Position numbers and translations under genes: made by a program. DNA of 63,111 nt, the filler included, from Anaerolineae bacterium (GTDB lineage: Bacteria; Chloroflexota; Anaerolineae; Epilineales; Epilineaceae), in NCBI GenBank assembly GCA_029262755.1. It is 7 parts of 7 records of this genome, joined end to end, with 100 filler letters (N's around TTAATTAATTAA, not from the genome) between each part and the next. Parts side by side here need not be neighbours in the genome. Positions count along the whole stretch, not along the records: positions 1 to 13,615 come from JAJCYU010000055.1; 6 more parts are not named here. The stretch is one strand, 5' to 3'. How positions within the stretch are numbered: position 1 is the stretch's first letter; every line of letters begins with the position of its first letter. Positions 1 through 9,408 of the stretch are shown piece by piece. A model generated the notes under the pieces. The model ran no database searches. It was not told where the DNA came from and saw only the letters and a program-made list of their open reading frames with translations.

Positions 1-146
1 ACAAGGTCGCCAACCGAGGGCGTTGCTGCGCCGCTGTGCTGGCTCGCTGAGACGAAGGAATAGCAGCGCTATTGCTGAGGAACAGCGGGCCGGCACAGCG
101 GATGCAGCGACGGCCGACTTGGTGAGATTGTTGACGGACGAGGCCT
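1..146. mobile_element. MITE-like long-hairpin element, copy 1 (left end cut by window edge)
   Basis: Matches 165-310 with 4 substitutions (period 164 bp). Ends TTGTTGACGGACGAGGCCT. Confidence 0.65.
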
Positions 147-149
147 AAG

Positions 150-310
150 AGGGCTCGTCCGTCAACAAGGTCGCCAACCGAGGGCGTTGCTGCGCCGCTG
201 TGCTGGTTCGCTGAGACGAAGGAATAGCAGCGCTATTGCTGAGGAACAGCGGGCCGGCACAGTGGATGCAGCGACGGCCGAATTGGTGAGATTGTTGACG
301 GACGAGCCCT
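150..310. mobile_element. MITE-like long-hairpin element, copy 2 (161 bp, non-autonomous)
   Basis: Perfect 19-bp terminal inverted repeat AGGGCTCGTCCGTCAACAA (150-168) / TTGTTGACGGACGAGCCCT (292-310). The internal arms are also imperfectly complementary. No transposase is present. Confidence 0.7.
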
Positions 311-2689
311 TAGCCAGGGAAGCGCCAGTACGTGGTCCGGCCAGGGTCGCCCGGGCGTTGCGAGCTCCGTGGGCGTTGCCGTCGGCGTGCGCGTGGCCCG
401 TGGCGTCACGGTGGGCGGTGCGGGACCGAGCGGCGGCAGGTAGGTCAGGATGCCAAGGTCGCCCGCCGCGACGTACACGTTGTTGTCCGGCCCGACGACC
501 ACGCCGTCGCGGCTCACGCGTACGCCACCATCGTGCGGCAAATGGCCGATGACCTCCGGCTGTTCCGGATCGACAAGGCTCACCACGAGCACGCCGCATG
601 CGTCGCCCTCCTGATGACAACTAAGGTCGATCAGCGCGTGTTCGCGCGACGCCACGATGCCGACGGGCACGCCGGGCAGCTCCATCGATCCGCGCTCCAC
701 GGGCAGCTGGGGCACGCTGAGATCGACCACGATCAGCTTGAAGCGCTGCTCGGCAACCGGTTCCGAGGGCCCGATGGGCACGACCACGTAGGCTTTGTCC
801 CGCCACGTATCGACGATCGGCAGCCACCACGCGTAGCCGGGCTCGCCGCCCAACTCCTGTATCCGCCCGATCTGCCTCAGCTCCTCCGGACGGCTCGTGT
901 CGACCACGTCGAGAGCCATGTTCACCGCCTCGTTGAAGAACACGAGGGGGATCCCATGGTATCGCACGGCGACGGCCAACTCGCCTTCGAGCGCGACGTC
1001 GATCGCTTCCCCTTCGAGCTCCACCTCGGATAGCGGCACCGGGTTGTCGGGATCGACCAGGTCGTACAGCCGGAGCCATTGCTTGTCCGGATCGCGCGGC
1101 GAGTTGGGGATCGCCAGATCTAAGAGTGCCAGGCGTTCATCCGCCACATCGTAGCCGCCAGGAGGTCGCTTCCGGCGCGACCCCACGTATGCGATCGGCG
1201 CTCGCGCTTCTGGGCGGAGAAGCGAATCGAGAGTTTGGGCCGCGTACTCCGCGCCGTCTCCGCAATAGCGCTCGACCAGCGTTTTGCCGTCGGCGCGAAG
1301 TCCCTCTCGACAACGGCTATCGTGGTGCGTGAATGCGACCGTGGGCGACCAAGCGTCTCCCGTTCGGTCGAAGACGGCACGTCCCGACGTTCCGCCGCCA
1401 ACGAGCCACCGTTCGTCGGCGCCCATGAGCGCGACGCCCGTGACGGAACCCGGTCGCTCGACCACACCCACGAGCGCTTCGGGCTGGGTTGGAACGATGG
1501 TCCCGATCCGACCGTCTTGGAACGAGACGATCAGACGCCGGCCCAACGCGGCGAAGCCACCGGCGAACACACCGGGAAGCGCGGTATCCATCGAGATCGG
1601 CGGCGTACCGGCCGGAACCGGGGACGGGCTAACCCGCCCGATACCGCCGCCGCGCTGGGTCACATAGAGCGAGCCCTGCATGGTGACCGCCGTGCGTAGG
1701 TCGCGCAGTTGGTGGGCCGATAAGCCGAGGGCCGTCGCTCCGTCCGCGACAAGCTCGGGCGCGTCGGGTCGAGACAGATCCAGCACCATATACGTATCGC
1801 CCACCCCATGCAGCAAGCGTGAGGTCGCCGACCCCGCGCTCGATACCGCGCCGTCGTCTCCGCGCCGATCCGAGCCGCTGGCAAGCCGCATCCACGCTCG
1901 ATGTTTGCGTTCCACCAGGAATCGCGGTGTGGCAGGATCCTCGAGCCCATACACGCGCAGTGCCGCGTCGCGCAGCGGAACTTCCGCGTGACGCTCGCGC
2001 GTCACGCTGATCGCGAGAGCGCCGGCCGCGACGGCCAGGTCGTAGGCGTTTTGGCCCGGCGGCAACAGGTTGGTGTCGAGCAGACCGGGTCCGCCGGCTT
2101 CGAAAGGCGCGACGACGGCCACCGCGGCCGGCGGCGGCACGGGCGGCTCCTCGGGTCCGAGCAAGTAGCGCACGTAGGCATGACCGGCGTGCAGCACGAC
2201 GTCCGTCGCTGGTCCGGGCAGCGTGACCTCCTGAAGGATGCGCGGCGTACTTCGATCGCTCAGGTCGAGCACGTGCACGCTGCCCGCTGCGGTGACGAGC
2301 ACGCCGCGCTCGCCCTGGATCGCGAGATCGGACACGACGCCCGGCAGGACGGGGCTGAGTCCGAGCAGGCGCGGATCTTCCACGTTGCTGACGTCGATCA
2401 CGCCGACTCGAGGCCCCAACCCGACCCAGGCGAAGTCTCCTTGCGGCACGATCACCTGTGCTGCACCCGCCACCTGACCGGCCGCCCGATAGGCTCGGCC
2501 CATCGATCCGACCGCGCCCCGCGCTCCGCCAGGCGGCACGTGGGCGAGCAGGGCGCCGAGCATGCACGCGAGGAGGATGGCCCGCGTCGCGTGATGGCCG
2601 GAGCCGGCTGCGCGTGGACTCTTCGGACGTCGCGCAGCTACGGACGTGAGCGGCTTGTTGGAGGAGATCGGGTGGTCCGGGCTGGTCAT
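233..2689 (-). CDS. Secreted LVIVD-repeat (beta-propeller-like) protein with Thr/Pro linker
   Basis: Hydrophobic N-terminal signal, repeated VIDVSN/VLDLSD/VVDLS..P motifs, PTATP linker, LALPWL near the end. Start ATG 2689 chosen after a GAGGA RBS (ORF track starts at 2791). The last 25 codons lie inside the hairpin element. Confidence 0.8.
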   Translation of the reverse strand: MTSPDHPISSNKPLTSVAARRPKSPRAAGSGHHATRAILLACMLGALLAHVPPGGARGAVGSMGRAYRAAGQVAGAAQVIVPQGDFAWVGLGPRVGVIDVSNVEDPRLLGLSPVLPGVVSDLAIQGERGVLVTAAGSVHVLDLSDRSTPRILQEVTLPGPATDVVLHAGHAYVRYLLGPEEPPVPPPAAVAVVAPFEAGGPGLLDTNLLPPGQNAYDLAVAAGALAISVTRERHAEVPLRDAALRVYGLEDPATPRFLVERKHRAWMRLASGSDRRGDDGAVSSAGSATSRLLHGVGDTYMVLDLSRPDAPELVADGATALGLSAHQLRDLRTAVTMQGSLYVTQRGGGIGRVSPSPVPAGTPPISMDTALPGVFAGGFAALGRRLIVSFQDGRIGTIVPTQPEALVGVVERPGSVTGVALMGADERWLVGGGTSGRAVFDRTGDAWSPTVAFTHHDSRCREGLRADGKTLVERYCGDGAEYAAQTLDSLLRPEARAPIAYVGSRRKRPPGGYDVADERLALLDLAIPNSPRDPDKQWLRLYDLVDPDNPVPLSEVELEGEAIDVALEGELAVAVRYHGIPLVFFNEAVNMALDVVDTSRPEELRQIGRIQELGGEPGYAWWLPIVDTWRDKAYVVVPIGPSEPVAEQRFKLIVVDLSVPQLPVERGSMELPGVPVGIVASREHALIDLSCHQEGDACGVLVVSLVDPEQPEVIGHLPHDGGVRVSRDGVVVGPDNNVYVAAGDLGILTYLPPLGPAPPTVTPRATRTPTATPTELATPGRPWPDHVLALPWLRARPSTISPIRPSLHPLCRPAVPQQ

Positions 2690-3128
2690 GGTCTTCCTCG
2701 ATTCCCTGAGTGACGGTGGTATCTGTGGCGTCGGGCTGCAGGGCCGTCTTGAGGTCCACGGCTCCTCTTGCCTCGGCAATCGCGTGTTCATGCGCGAAGG
2801 CGCCCGTCAGCTACGGTTCGGCCGCATAGCCCTTCGGTCGCCATGCTCTTGCCAAATGCGAGTGCGCTTGGCTCGGCGATCGCAATTCGAGCAGCCACCC
2901 GCCTCCCTCACGGCGACCGCGACGGGGACATCAGCGCGACTCCGAATGCAACCGCGATCGCTACTGCGTTGGCTACGACGTTGCGAAAGAGCCTGGGGGA
3001 TGGGCGGTCCAAACTCGCGTGCTCAAACGCGCCCACGGCACGCGGATACCCGCGGCAAGGAGTCGGCGCCCAGACCATGGTGCGCCTACCACGATCGCCG
3101 CCTCACCTTCGCTGAGCGTCCGCGCCGC

Positions 3129-5699
3129 TCACGGCGCGCTCGTCCAAGGGAGCCAGGCGCGCTCCTCCAGCGCGGTCGGACTCGCGGAAGCAGCGGGCGT
3201 TGCGGGCACCTGCGGCGTCGCTGTAGCGGGCAAGGTCGCAATCGACGTCGGCGTGGCCCGCATCGTTGGCGTCGAAACCAGCGTCGGCGTCGCGTCGGTC
3301 GTCGGTCCTGGTGTGGCGGTCGGACCCGGCGTGACCATCGGCGTCGCGCCCTCGGTCGCCGTCGCCCGCCTCGTCGCGCCCACGGTCGGTGTCGCACCCG
3401 GCGTCGGACTTGCGGTCCCCGCGCGATCCGGCTCCTCGCCGAACGGCCGGTAGACGTCAATCCCGCCCGCGCCGTCCGCGACGAAGACGCGGCCCTTCGC
3501 ATCCACCGCGACACCGTCGCGGGTCACGCCTTCGCGCGCAGGCAGATGGCCGATGACGCGGGGCGCGTCCGGATCATCGATATCGATCAGCAGAATGCCG
3601 CAGCGGTCCGTGACCCGCTGGCAGGCTACGTCTACGAGCAGATGACCATGCGCGAACCACAGACCGGACGGTACGCCGGGCATGTCGAGCATGCCCCGAA
3701 CGCGGGGCGCAGCCTCGTCCTCCAGGTCCACGATCCGGATGCGGAATCGCACATCGTTGCGACCGACGCCGATCGGTAGCGACAACGCCGCGTAGCGGCC
3801 CGCGAGATCCACGAGGGGGTGGCCGAGCGCGTAGCCGCCCGTGTCGCTGACGCGCTGTACCGCGAGCCGCCGCGGCGCCGTCGGGTCCGCGAGATCGAAG
3901 AGCTCGAGCTCGACGGGCAGGGGGCGCTCCTGTAATCCGGCGGCGCCGTCGTAGCGCGCGAAGAGCAGCCGCGCCGGCGCATCGCCATCGAGCGCAACGT
4001 CGTAGAGTTCGCCGTCCGCCGCGTACCGTACGAGCTCAACCGGCGCATCCGGGTTCTCTACGTCCTGGACCACCCACTCTTCGCGATCCACCCCGATCCG
4101 GTCCGTGGTCACCAGCCACCGACCGGCAAGACCGATCGCGTGGCCCATGCTGAATTGCTTGAGCCGGCGGGCGAGACGCGGCGCCGCCGGGTCCGTGACG
4201 TCGAACAGATCGTAGTCCGATGTCAGGACGTCGCTTTCGCCGCAGTTGCCGGCGACGGCTACGAGCGCCGTGACGCGAAGGTCGCAGCGATAGCTCGTGT
4301 CGAAGACGTGGCCCAGAAGCGCTGGGCCGGTCGGCGAGGAACCGGGTTGTGAAGGACCGAACTCGCGGGCCGGATCCAGCACGCTCAAGCCGCCCTGCGT
4401 GGACGTAGCGAAGAGGCGGACGGGCCCGTCTTCCGCGGTGTCGACGGCAACGTCGGTCACGCTGCCCGGCCCGTCGAGCAGGCCGATCGTCTCCTCGCTC
4501 GTCCGCAGCGCGTCGACGACCCGTAGCCGCCCGCCGATGCCGGACACGAGTAGACGAGTCCCGAGCGCTGCAAAGCCGCCCGCCATGGCATCGGGCAGGA
4601 ACAGATCCGACGCGACGCCGCCGCCCGTCGCGGCGTCCGGAGGCCGGCCGATACGCATGCCGCCGAAGGCACCCGGCTCGAGCACGAAGACAGCCCCGCG
4701 CGCATCCGCCGTGATGCGCGCGTGGGGCCAACGGCTGCCCACCGCGGGTCCGGTCTCGACCATCTGCGGCCGCGCCGGATCCCTGAGATCGACAACGGCA
4801 TGGCCGTCGCCGATGCCCAACACGAAGGGCGAACCGGCCGGTCCAGCGCCCGAGACAGGACCGCCGGCGCTCCAAGCGCCGGTACCGAGCCGCAGCCAGG
4901 CGCCGTGCTTCAGGGAGGCGACGTGCCGCGGCGCTCGCGGGTCGTCGAGTGACAGGATTCGCAGCGTGGGCGAGACCGGGTTCGCGAGATCAGGGACGGT
5001 CGATACAGCCAGCGCCGAGCGCGAGCGCGCGATGTCCACGACCCGCGCGCCGTCCTCCCCGAGGAGATCGGACGTCACGAGCGCAGGCGCGGACGGGTCC
5101 GCGAGGTCGACCACGGCGACGCGCCCGCTCCGGTCGCGGTCGTCGAAGTCCACCGGCACGACCCGTACATAGGCGAAGCCCTCGCCCATCACGACGTCGT
5201 CCACCAGACCGTCGAGCACGATGCCACCGATCCGTTGCGGTGCGCCGACGTCGGACACGTCGAGCACGTGCAACGTCGGACCTCCTGTCGCTGCAACCAA
5301 GAGCCCCCGATCGAGCGCAAGATCGACCACGACGGCGTCCAAGGATGGACCCCGCCCGACAATGCGTGGGTTTGCCTCGTCGGAGACGTCGAGCGCCGCG
5401 ATGCGCGGTCCGAGACCGATCCACGCGATCGCGCCCGCAACGGCGATCACGCGCGTGACGCCGCCTACTTGGTCGACGGCTTCGTGGCGCGGTCCGAGCT
5501 CTTCATCGGCGAGCGCGGCAGGGGCGGCGAGTCCGTCGCGCATCGTGGCGGCCGTTGCGCTGCCGGGCGCCACGATTCCGCTGCCGGAAGCGTTGCTTGG
5601 GGCTATGCCTCTTGAAACCGGCGGCGCCGGCGTCAAGAGCGCAGCCGACAGAACCAGCGCCGCGACGATCCGGCCGAAAGTCGTTCGGCGTGCCGTCAC
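3129..5699 (-). CDS. Secreted LVIVD-repeat protein, paralog of 233-2689
   Basis: Shares AW(V/I)GLGPR, VLD(L/V)SD, W(M/L)RL, D(M)PGVP, VIGHLP..GV.RDGV blocks and paired Cys with its neighbour. Long PT linker; ends AWLPWTSAP. Start uncertain (GTG 5699 or ORF start 5765). Confidence 0.8.
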   Translation of the reverse strand: MTARRTTFGRIVAALVLSAALLTPAPPVSRGIAPSNASGSGIVAPGSATAATMRDGLAAPAALADEELGPRHEAVDQVGGVTRVIAVAGAIAWIGLGPRIAALDVSDEANPRIVGRGPSLDAVVVDLALDRGLLVAATGGPTLHVLDVSDVGAPQRIGGIVLDGLVDDVVMGEGFAYVRVVPVDFDDRDRSGRVAVVDLADPSAPALVTSDLLGEDGARVVDIARSRSALAVSTVPDLANPVSPTLRILSLDDPRAPRHVASLKHGAWLRLGTGAWSAGGPVSGAGPAGSPFVLGIGDGHAVVDLRDPARPQMVETGPAVGSRWPHARITADARGAVFVLEPGAFGGMRIGRPPDAATGGGVASDLFLPDAMAGGFAALGTRLLVSGIGGRLRVVDALRTSEETIGLLDGPGSVTDVAVDTAEDGPVRLFATSTQGGLSVLDPAREFGPSQPGSSPTGPALLGHVFDTSYRCDLRVTALVAVAGNCGESDVLTSDYDLFDVTDPAAPRLARRLKQFSMGHAIGLAGRWLVTTDRIGVDREEWVVQDVENPDAPVELVRYAADGELYDVALDGDAPARLLFARYDGAAGLQERPLPVELELFDLADPTAPRRLAVQRVSDTGGYALGHPLVDLAGRYAALSLPIGVGRNDVRFRIRIVDLEDEAAPRVRGMLDMPGVPSGLWFAHGHLLVDVACQRVTDRCGILLIDIDDPDAPRVIGHLPAREGVTRDGVAVDAKGRVFVADGAGGIDVYRPFGEEPDRAGTASPTPGATPTVGATRRATATEGATPMVTPGPTATPGPTTDATPTLVSTPTMRATPTSIATLPATATPQVPATPAASASPTALEERAWLPWTSAP

Positions 5700-6070
5700 G
5701 GTTGCGCGGCAGCGGCGGCCGTTGCCGCGGCGCGCGCAGCTGGTGGTACTACGCTGCCCTCCCAACTACACACGATCTCCCGCTCCCGGATGTGCTCCGT
5801 TCGCCAGTGTCCGATCGACGGCCGCGGCCCACGAGATCGCCGCACGAACCGCCGGGGCCGTGTTGCGCCCGGCACACTCGCGACTCGACGTGCTACGCTG
5901 CTGCCCTCAACACGCGCACGCACCGTCGCGGACCATCGCGTCGCGGTCCATCCTTTGGCGCCACGATCAGCCTCTCTTCTCGCCACGTAGCGCGCAAGTC
6001 GGGGCCAATCGGACCGTCCGCGCCCGTCCAAGAATCCATGCGCCACCCCGCCTCCCACTGCGAGGATCTC

Positions 6071-7204
6071 GTGCCGGATAAGCCTGCGCCCAACGAGGGC
6101 CCCGAGCAACCCGCTCCCGCGCCGCCTTCGGGCATCCACCACGTGACGGGAATCGCCAAAGATCCCCAGGACAACCTCGATTTCTACGCCGGCGTGCTTG
6201 GGCTTCGCCTCGTCAAGCGCACGGTGAACTTCGACGATCCCTCCACGTGGCACCTCTACTATGCCGATGTGTGGGGCTCGCCGGGCAGCGTGCTCACCTT
6301 CTTTCCCTATCCGCAGGCCGCGCGGGGAGTCGAGGGGACGGGCATAGTAACCGAGACGGTCCTGGCGATTCCCGCGCCCTCTCTTGATTGGTGGGCTGCC
6401 CGCTTCGAGCGCGCAGGCGTTGCCGCGGATCGGAGCACGACCGAGGAGGGCGGCGAGCGGGTCGCGGTGCGCGATCCGGCGGGTATGCGCATTGCGCTCG
6501 ATGGCTCGGCGAGAAGCGATGACCGGATGGCCGGAGCCGCGATTCCTTGGCCGGACGGCCCCGTTCCGCTGCGCCACGCGATACGCGGCATCGCCGGCGT
6601 GCGTCTCTTGGAGGACGTCGCCGACACCGACGGGGCCACGTGGCTGTTGGGCGATGTCTTGGGTTGGCGTGAGGCGCAGGGTTCTGCGATGGAGCCCGTT
6701 CCGACCACAATCCAAGGCTCGGCGCACGCCCGCTCTTCGACCGCTCCGACCGCTCGCGATCCCGAGTCGAGAGTGCGCCTTCGGCCGCCCGTGCGCGGCG
6801 CGGGGTCACCGGCCGGCTCCTGGGTGGAGATCGCGGGGCGCGCCACCACGCGGCCGGGCCGCGTCGCCGCGGGCAGCGTGCAACACGTGGCCTTGCGCGT
6901 GCCGGACGAGACCGCGCAGGAGGCCTGGCGGGCGCACATCAGCGCACAACGTGTGTTCGTCACCGAGATCAAGGACAGGCAGTACTTTCGCTCGATCTAC
7001 TTTCGTGAACCGGGTGGCGTCCTGCTCGAGCTGGCCACGGACGGCCCAGGCTTCGCCGTGGACGAATCGCCTCATGCCCTGGGCGAGCGGCTTTGCCTCC
7101 CGCCTTGGCTGGAAACGCAGCGCGCACAGATCGAAGCCACGCTCCCCGCAATCGATCGCGATCGCGCGCTAGCCATCGGCCGGGATCTGAGCGCGAAGGC
7201 GTAA
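6071..7204 (+). CDS. Ring-cleaving dioxygenase, VOC/glyoxalase family (MhqO/PcpA-like)
   Basis: GIHHVT, LGLRLVKRTVNFDDP..HLYY, DRQYFRSIYFREPGGVLLELATDGPGF motifs. GTG start after GAGGA. Confidence 0.88.
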   Translation: MPDKPAPNEGPEQPAPAPPSGIHHVTGIAKDPQDNLDFYAGVLGLRLVKRTVNFDDPSTWHLYYADVWGSPGSVLTFFPYPQAARGVEGTGIVTETVLAIPAPSLDWWAARFERAGVAADRSTTEEGGERVAVRDPAGMRIALDGSARSDDRMAGAAIPWPDGPVPLRHAIRGIAGVRLLEDVADTDGATWLLGDVLGWREAQGSAMEPVPTTIQGSAHARSSTAPTARDPESRVRLRPPVRGAGSPAGSWVEIAGRATTRPGRVAAGSVQHVALRVPDETAQEAWRAHISAQRVFVTEIKDRQYFRSIYFREPGGVLLELATDGPGFAVDESPHALGERLCLPPWLETQRAQIEATLPAIDRDRALAIGRDLSAKA

Positions 7205-7286
7205 CTCCGGCGGCGATCTATAATCGCCCGCGGAGGCTCCCAGCCTCCCACACAACACGCGACACCCAGCGACCTCGGAGCTTGTG

Positions 7287-8372
7287 ATGACTACCGTTCC
7301 CGCCGATATTCGGCTGCACGACCACGCCCACGGCGCGATGCCGGAAGAGACGCTCGAGGCCCTGCTCGCTCTCTTCGAAGCCGTTCGCATGGAGCTACGT
7401 TCCGACGACCCACCTCGACCGCGCGCGGCCCTGGTGGCCGACGTCCGGACGCCGCCGCCCGCGGGAACGTGGGCGCGCTGGCACGTGGCCACGCGTGGGG
7501 GTCGCGGTGTCGGGTACGCGACCACGGAGGTCGACGTTAGCGCGAACCCGGACCTGGTGTGGCTCTACGTCTACGTCGTACCAGACCAGCGTGGCCGGGG
7601 AATCGGGCGCGCGCTGGCGGCCCGGGCGCTGCACGTCGTCCAGGCGGATCTCGAGGCGGCTCCCGAGCAAGTCGGCATCGATACGTTGATCTCGTCGGAG
7701 ATCGGTCGACGGCTTGCCGATCGGATGGAGGGCGAGTGGTCCATCCCGATCGGCATTACCGGCCGCAAGGCGCGCCTCGAGTTGGCTGGGCTGGACCGCG
7801 CCGCGTTGGAGCGTGAACGGAAGCGCCGCGAGGAAGGGCTCGGCGATCGCTACCGGATGCATTTCTTCGAGGACGCGGAGATTCCAAATCCCGAGACCGG
7901 CTTCGATCTGGCCGATTTCTGCGCCACGTACGAAGAGATCGTCAACCTGATGCCGATGGAGGACCTGCAGATGGAGCGAGAGCGCTTTCCTCCGGAGAAG
8001 TGGCATTCGCTGAACGCGCGTCTGGACGCGGTGGGCCAAGCACTCTGGACGACGGTGTGCTGCGAGCCGGGCGGGCGCGTCGTGGGGCTCACCTCCGTCA
8101 ACTTCGTTCGGGCCGACGCGCGCCGCGTCAGCCAATGGGACACGGGCGTGCTAGCCGAAGCACAGGGGCAGGGCATCGGCACGCTGCTGAAGCTGGACAT
8201 GCTCCTGCGCGTGCTGGATCGCCTGCCAGAGGCGCGCTTCATCGACACCGACAACGCGAGATCCAACGCCCCGATGATCGCGATCAACTCGGCCCTCGGC
8301 TTCCACGAGCACCGTGTGAACCGCGCCTACCAGCTGCCCGTCGAGCGGCTGCGGTCCGTGTTGCGCATCTAG
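7287..8372 (+). CDS. Tandem-domain GNAT N-acetyltransferase
   Basis: Two acetyl-CoA motifs (VVPDQRGRGIGRAL; TGVLAEAQGQGIG) and a C-terminal TDNARSNAPMIAINSALGF. Confidence 0.85.
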   Translation: MTTVPADIRLHDHAHGAMPEETLEALLALFEAVRMELRSDDPPRPRAALVADVRTPPPAGTWARWHVATRGGRGVGYATTEVDVSANPDLVWLYVYVVPDQRGRGIGRALAARALHVVQADLEAAPEQVGIDTLISSEIGRRLADRMEGEWSIPIGITGRKARLELAGLDRAALERERKRREEGLGDRYRMHFFEDAEIPNPETGFDLADFCATYEEIVNLMPMEDLQMERERFPPEKWHSLNARLDAVGQALWTTVCCEPGGRVVGLTSVNFVRADARRVSQWDTGVLAEAQGQGIGTLLKLDMLLRVLDRLPEARFIDTDNARSNAPMIAINSALGFHEHRVNRAYQLPVERLRSVLRI

Positions 8373-8425
8373 GGCGCTGAAGCGCAAGCACGGAACGAAG
8401 AACACACGCGAAGGAGAGATGCGCA

Positions 8426-9265
8426 ATGAGCCCCAACCCCGAGACGCCAAACACGGACTCGAACAGAGCCGATGGCCCCCCGGGCGCGACGACCGCGGAC
8501 AATCGTGACGTCGTACGGGAGCGCTTCGGTGCCCACGCGGCGGATTACGCGACGAGCACGGTCCACGCGAAGGGCGCCAGCCTGGAACGGCTGCTCGATC
8601 TGACGCGTCCCGAGCCTGCGTGGCGGGTGCTCGACATTGCAACCGGCGCGGGGCATACGGCATTGGCGTTCGCGCCGCATGTTGCCGAAGTGATCGCCAC
8701 GGACATCACGCCCCAGATGCTGCAGGTCGGGCGCGAGATCGCGTTGGAGCGCGGGCTGAGCAACGTCCGATTCAGCCCGGCCGATGCATCGGACCTGCCG
8801 TTTCCGGACGGGTCCTTCGACCTGGTGAGCTGCCGCATCGCACCGCATCACTTTCCCGACGTCGGCGCTTTTGTCGCGGAGTCGGCCCGCGTGCTCAAGG
8901 CCGGCGGACTGCTCGCGGTCGTCGACAACCTCGTGCAGGAGGACTCCGTGGCGGCGCAATTCGTGAACGACTTCGAGCGACTGCGCGACCCGGGCCATGT
9001 CGCATGCTTGTCGGCCGCGCAGTGGCGGGCGCACTTCGCCGCGCAGGGTCTGGCCGTATGCGCGGACGAGGCGCGACCCAAGGACATTCGCTTCGACTCG
9101 TGGGTCGCGCGGCAGGGGCTCGATGCAGAGACCACGGCCCGACTGCGCGCCATGCTCGACGCACCGCCGGGGAGCGCCGCGGAATTCCTGCAGCCGCGCA
9201 CGGAGGAAGGTGGCCTCGTATTCACGTTGAGCGAAGGGCTATTCGTGGCGCGCAAGTCAGGTTGA
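8426..9265 (+). CDS. Class I SAM-dependent methyltransferase (Methyltransf_11-like)
   Basis: VLDIATGAGH, DASDLPFPDGSFDLVSCRIAPHHF, RDPGH. AAGGAG RBS. Confidence 0.88.
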   Translation: MSPNPETPNTDSNRADGPPGATTADNRDVVRERFGAHAADYATSTVHAKGASLERLLDLTRPEPAWRVLDIATGAGHTALAFAPHVAEVIATDITPQMLQVGREIALERGLSNVRFSPADASDLPFPDGSFDLVSCRIAPHHFPDVGAFVAESARVLKAGGLLAVVDNLVQEDSVAAQFVNDFERLRDPGHVACLSAAQWRAHFAAQGLAVCADEARPKDIRFDSWVARQGLDAETTARLRAMLDAPPGSAAEFLQPRTEEGGLVFTLSEGLFVARKSG

Positions 9266-9408
9266 CGGCGCCGTACTGCCGCGTGACTCGCCCGGCCCGC
9301 CATCGACCCACGGTTGTCGGCCCACGGGCTGGGTGATAGCGTTTCGCCTTCCGCCTTCGCCGCGGCGATCCCAATCGCGTCGGCCCGCGCCTCTCCCGGA
9401 GTGACCCG

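Noticed and set aside
1..310. Possible CRISPR array or tRNA/riboswitch
   Set aside because: The 164-bp period has no spacers. There is no cloverleaf or riboswitch consensus that I recognise. The TIR structure fits a MITE better.
5555..6070. 170-aa N-terminal extension of the dioxygenase
   Set aside because: It overlaps the divergent gene and intergenic DNA. Family similarity begins near GIHHVT, and an RBS precedes GTG 6071.
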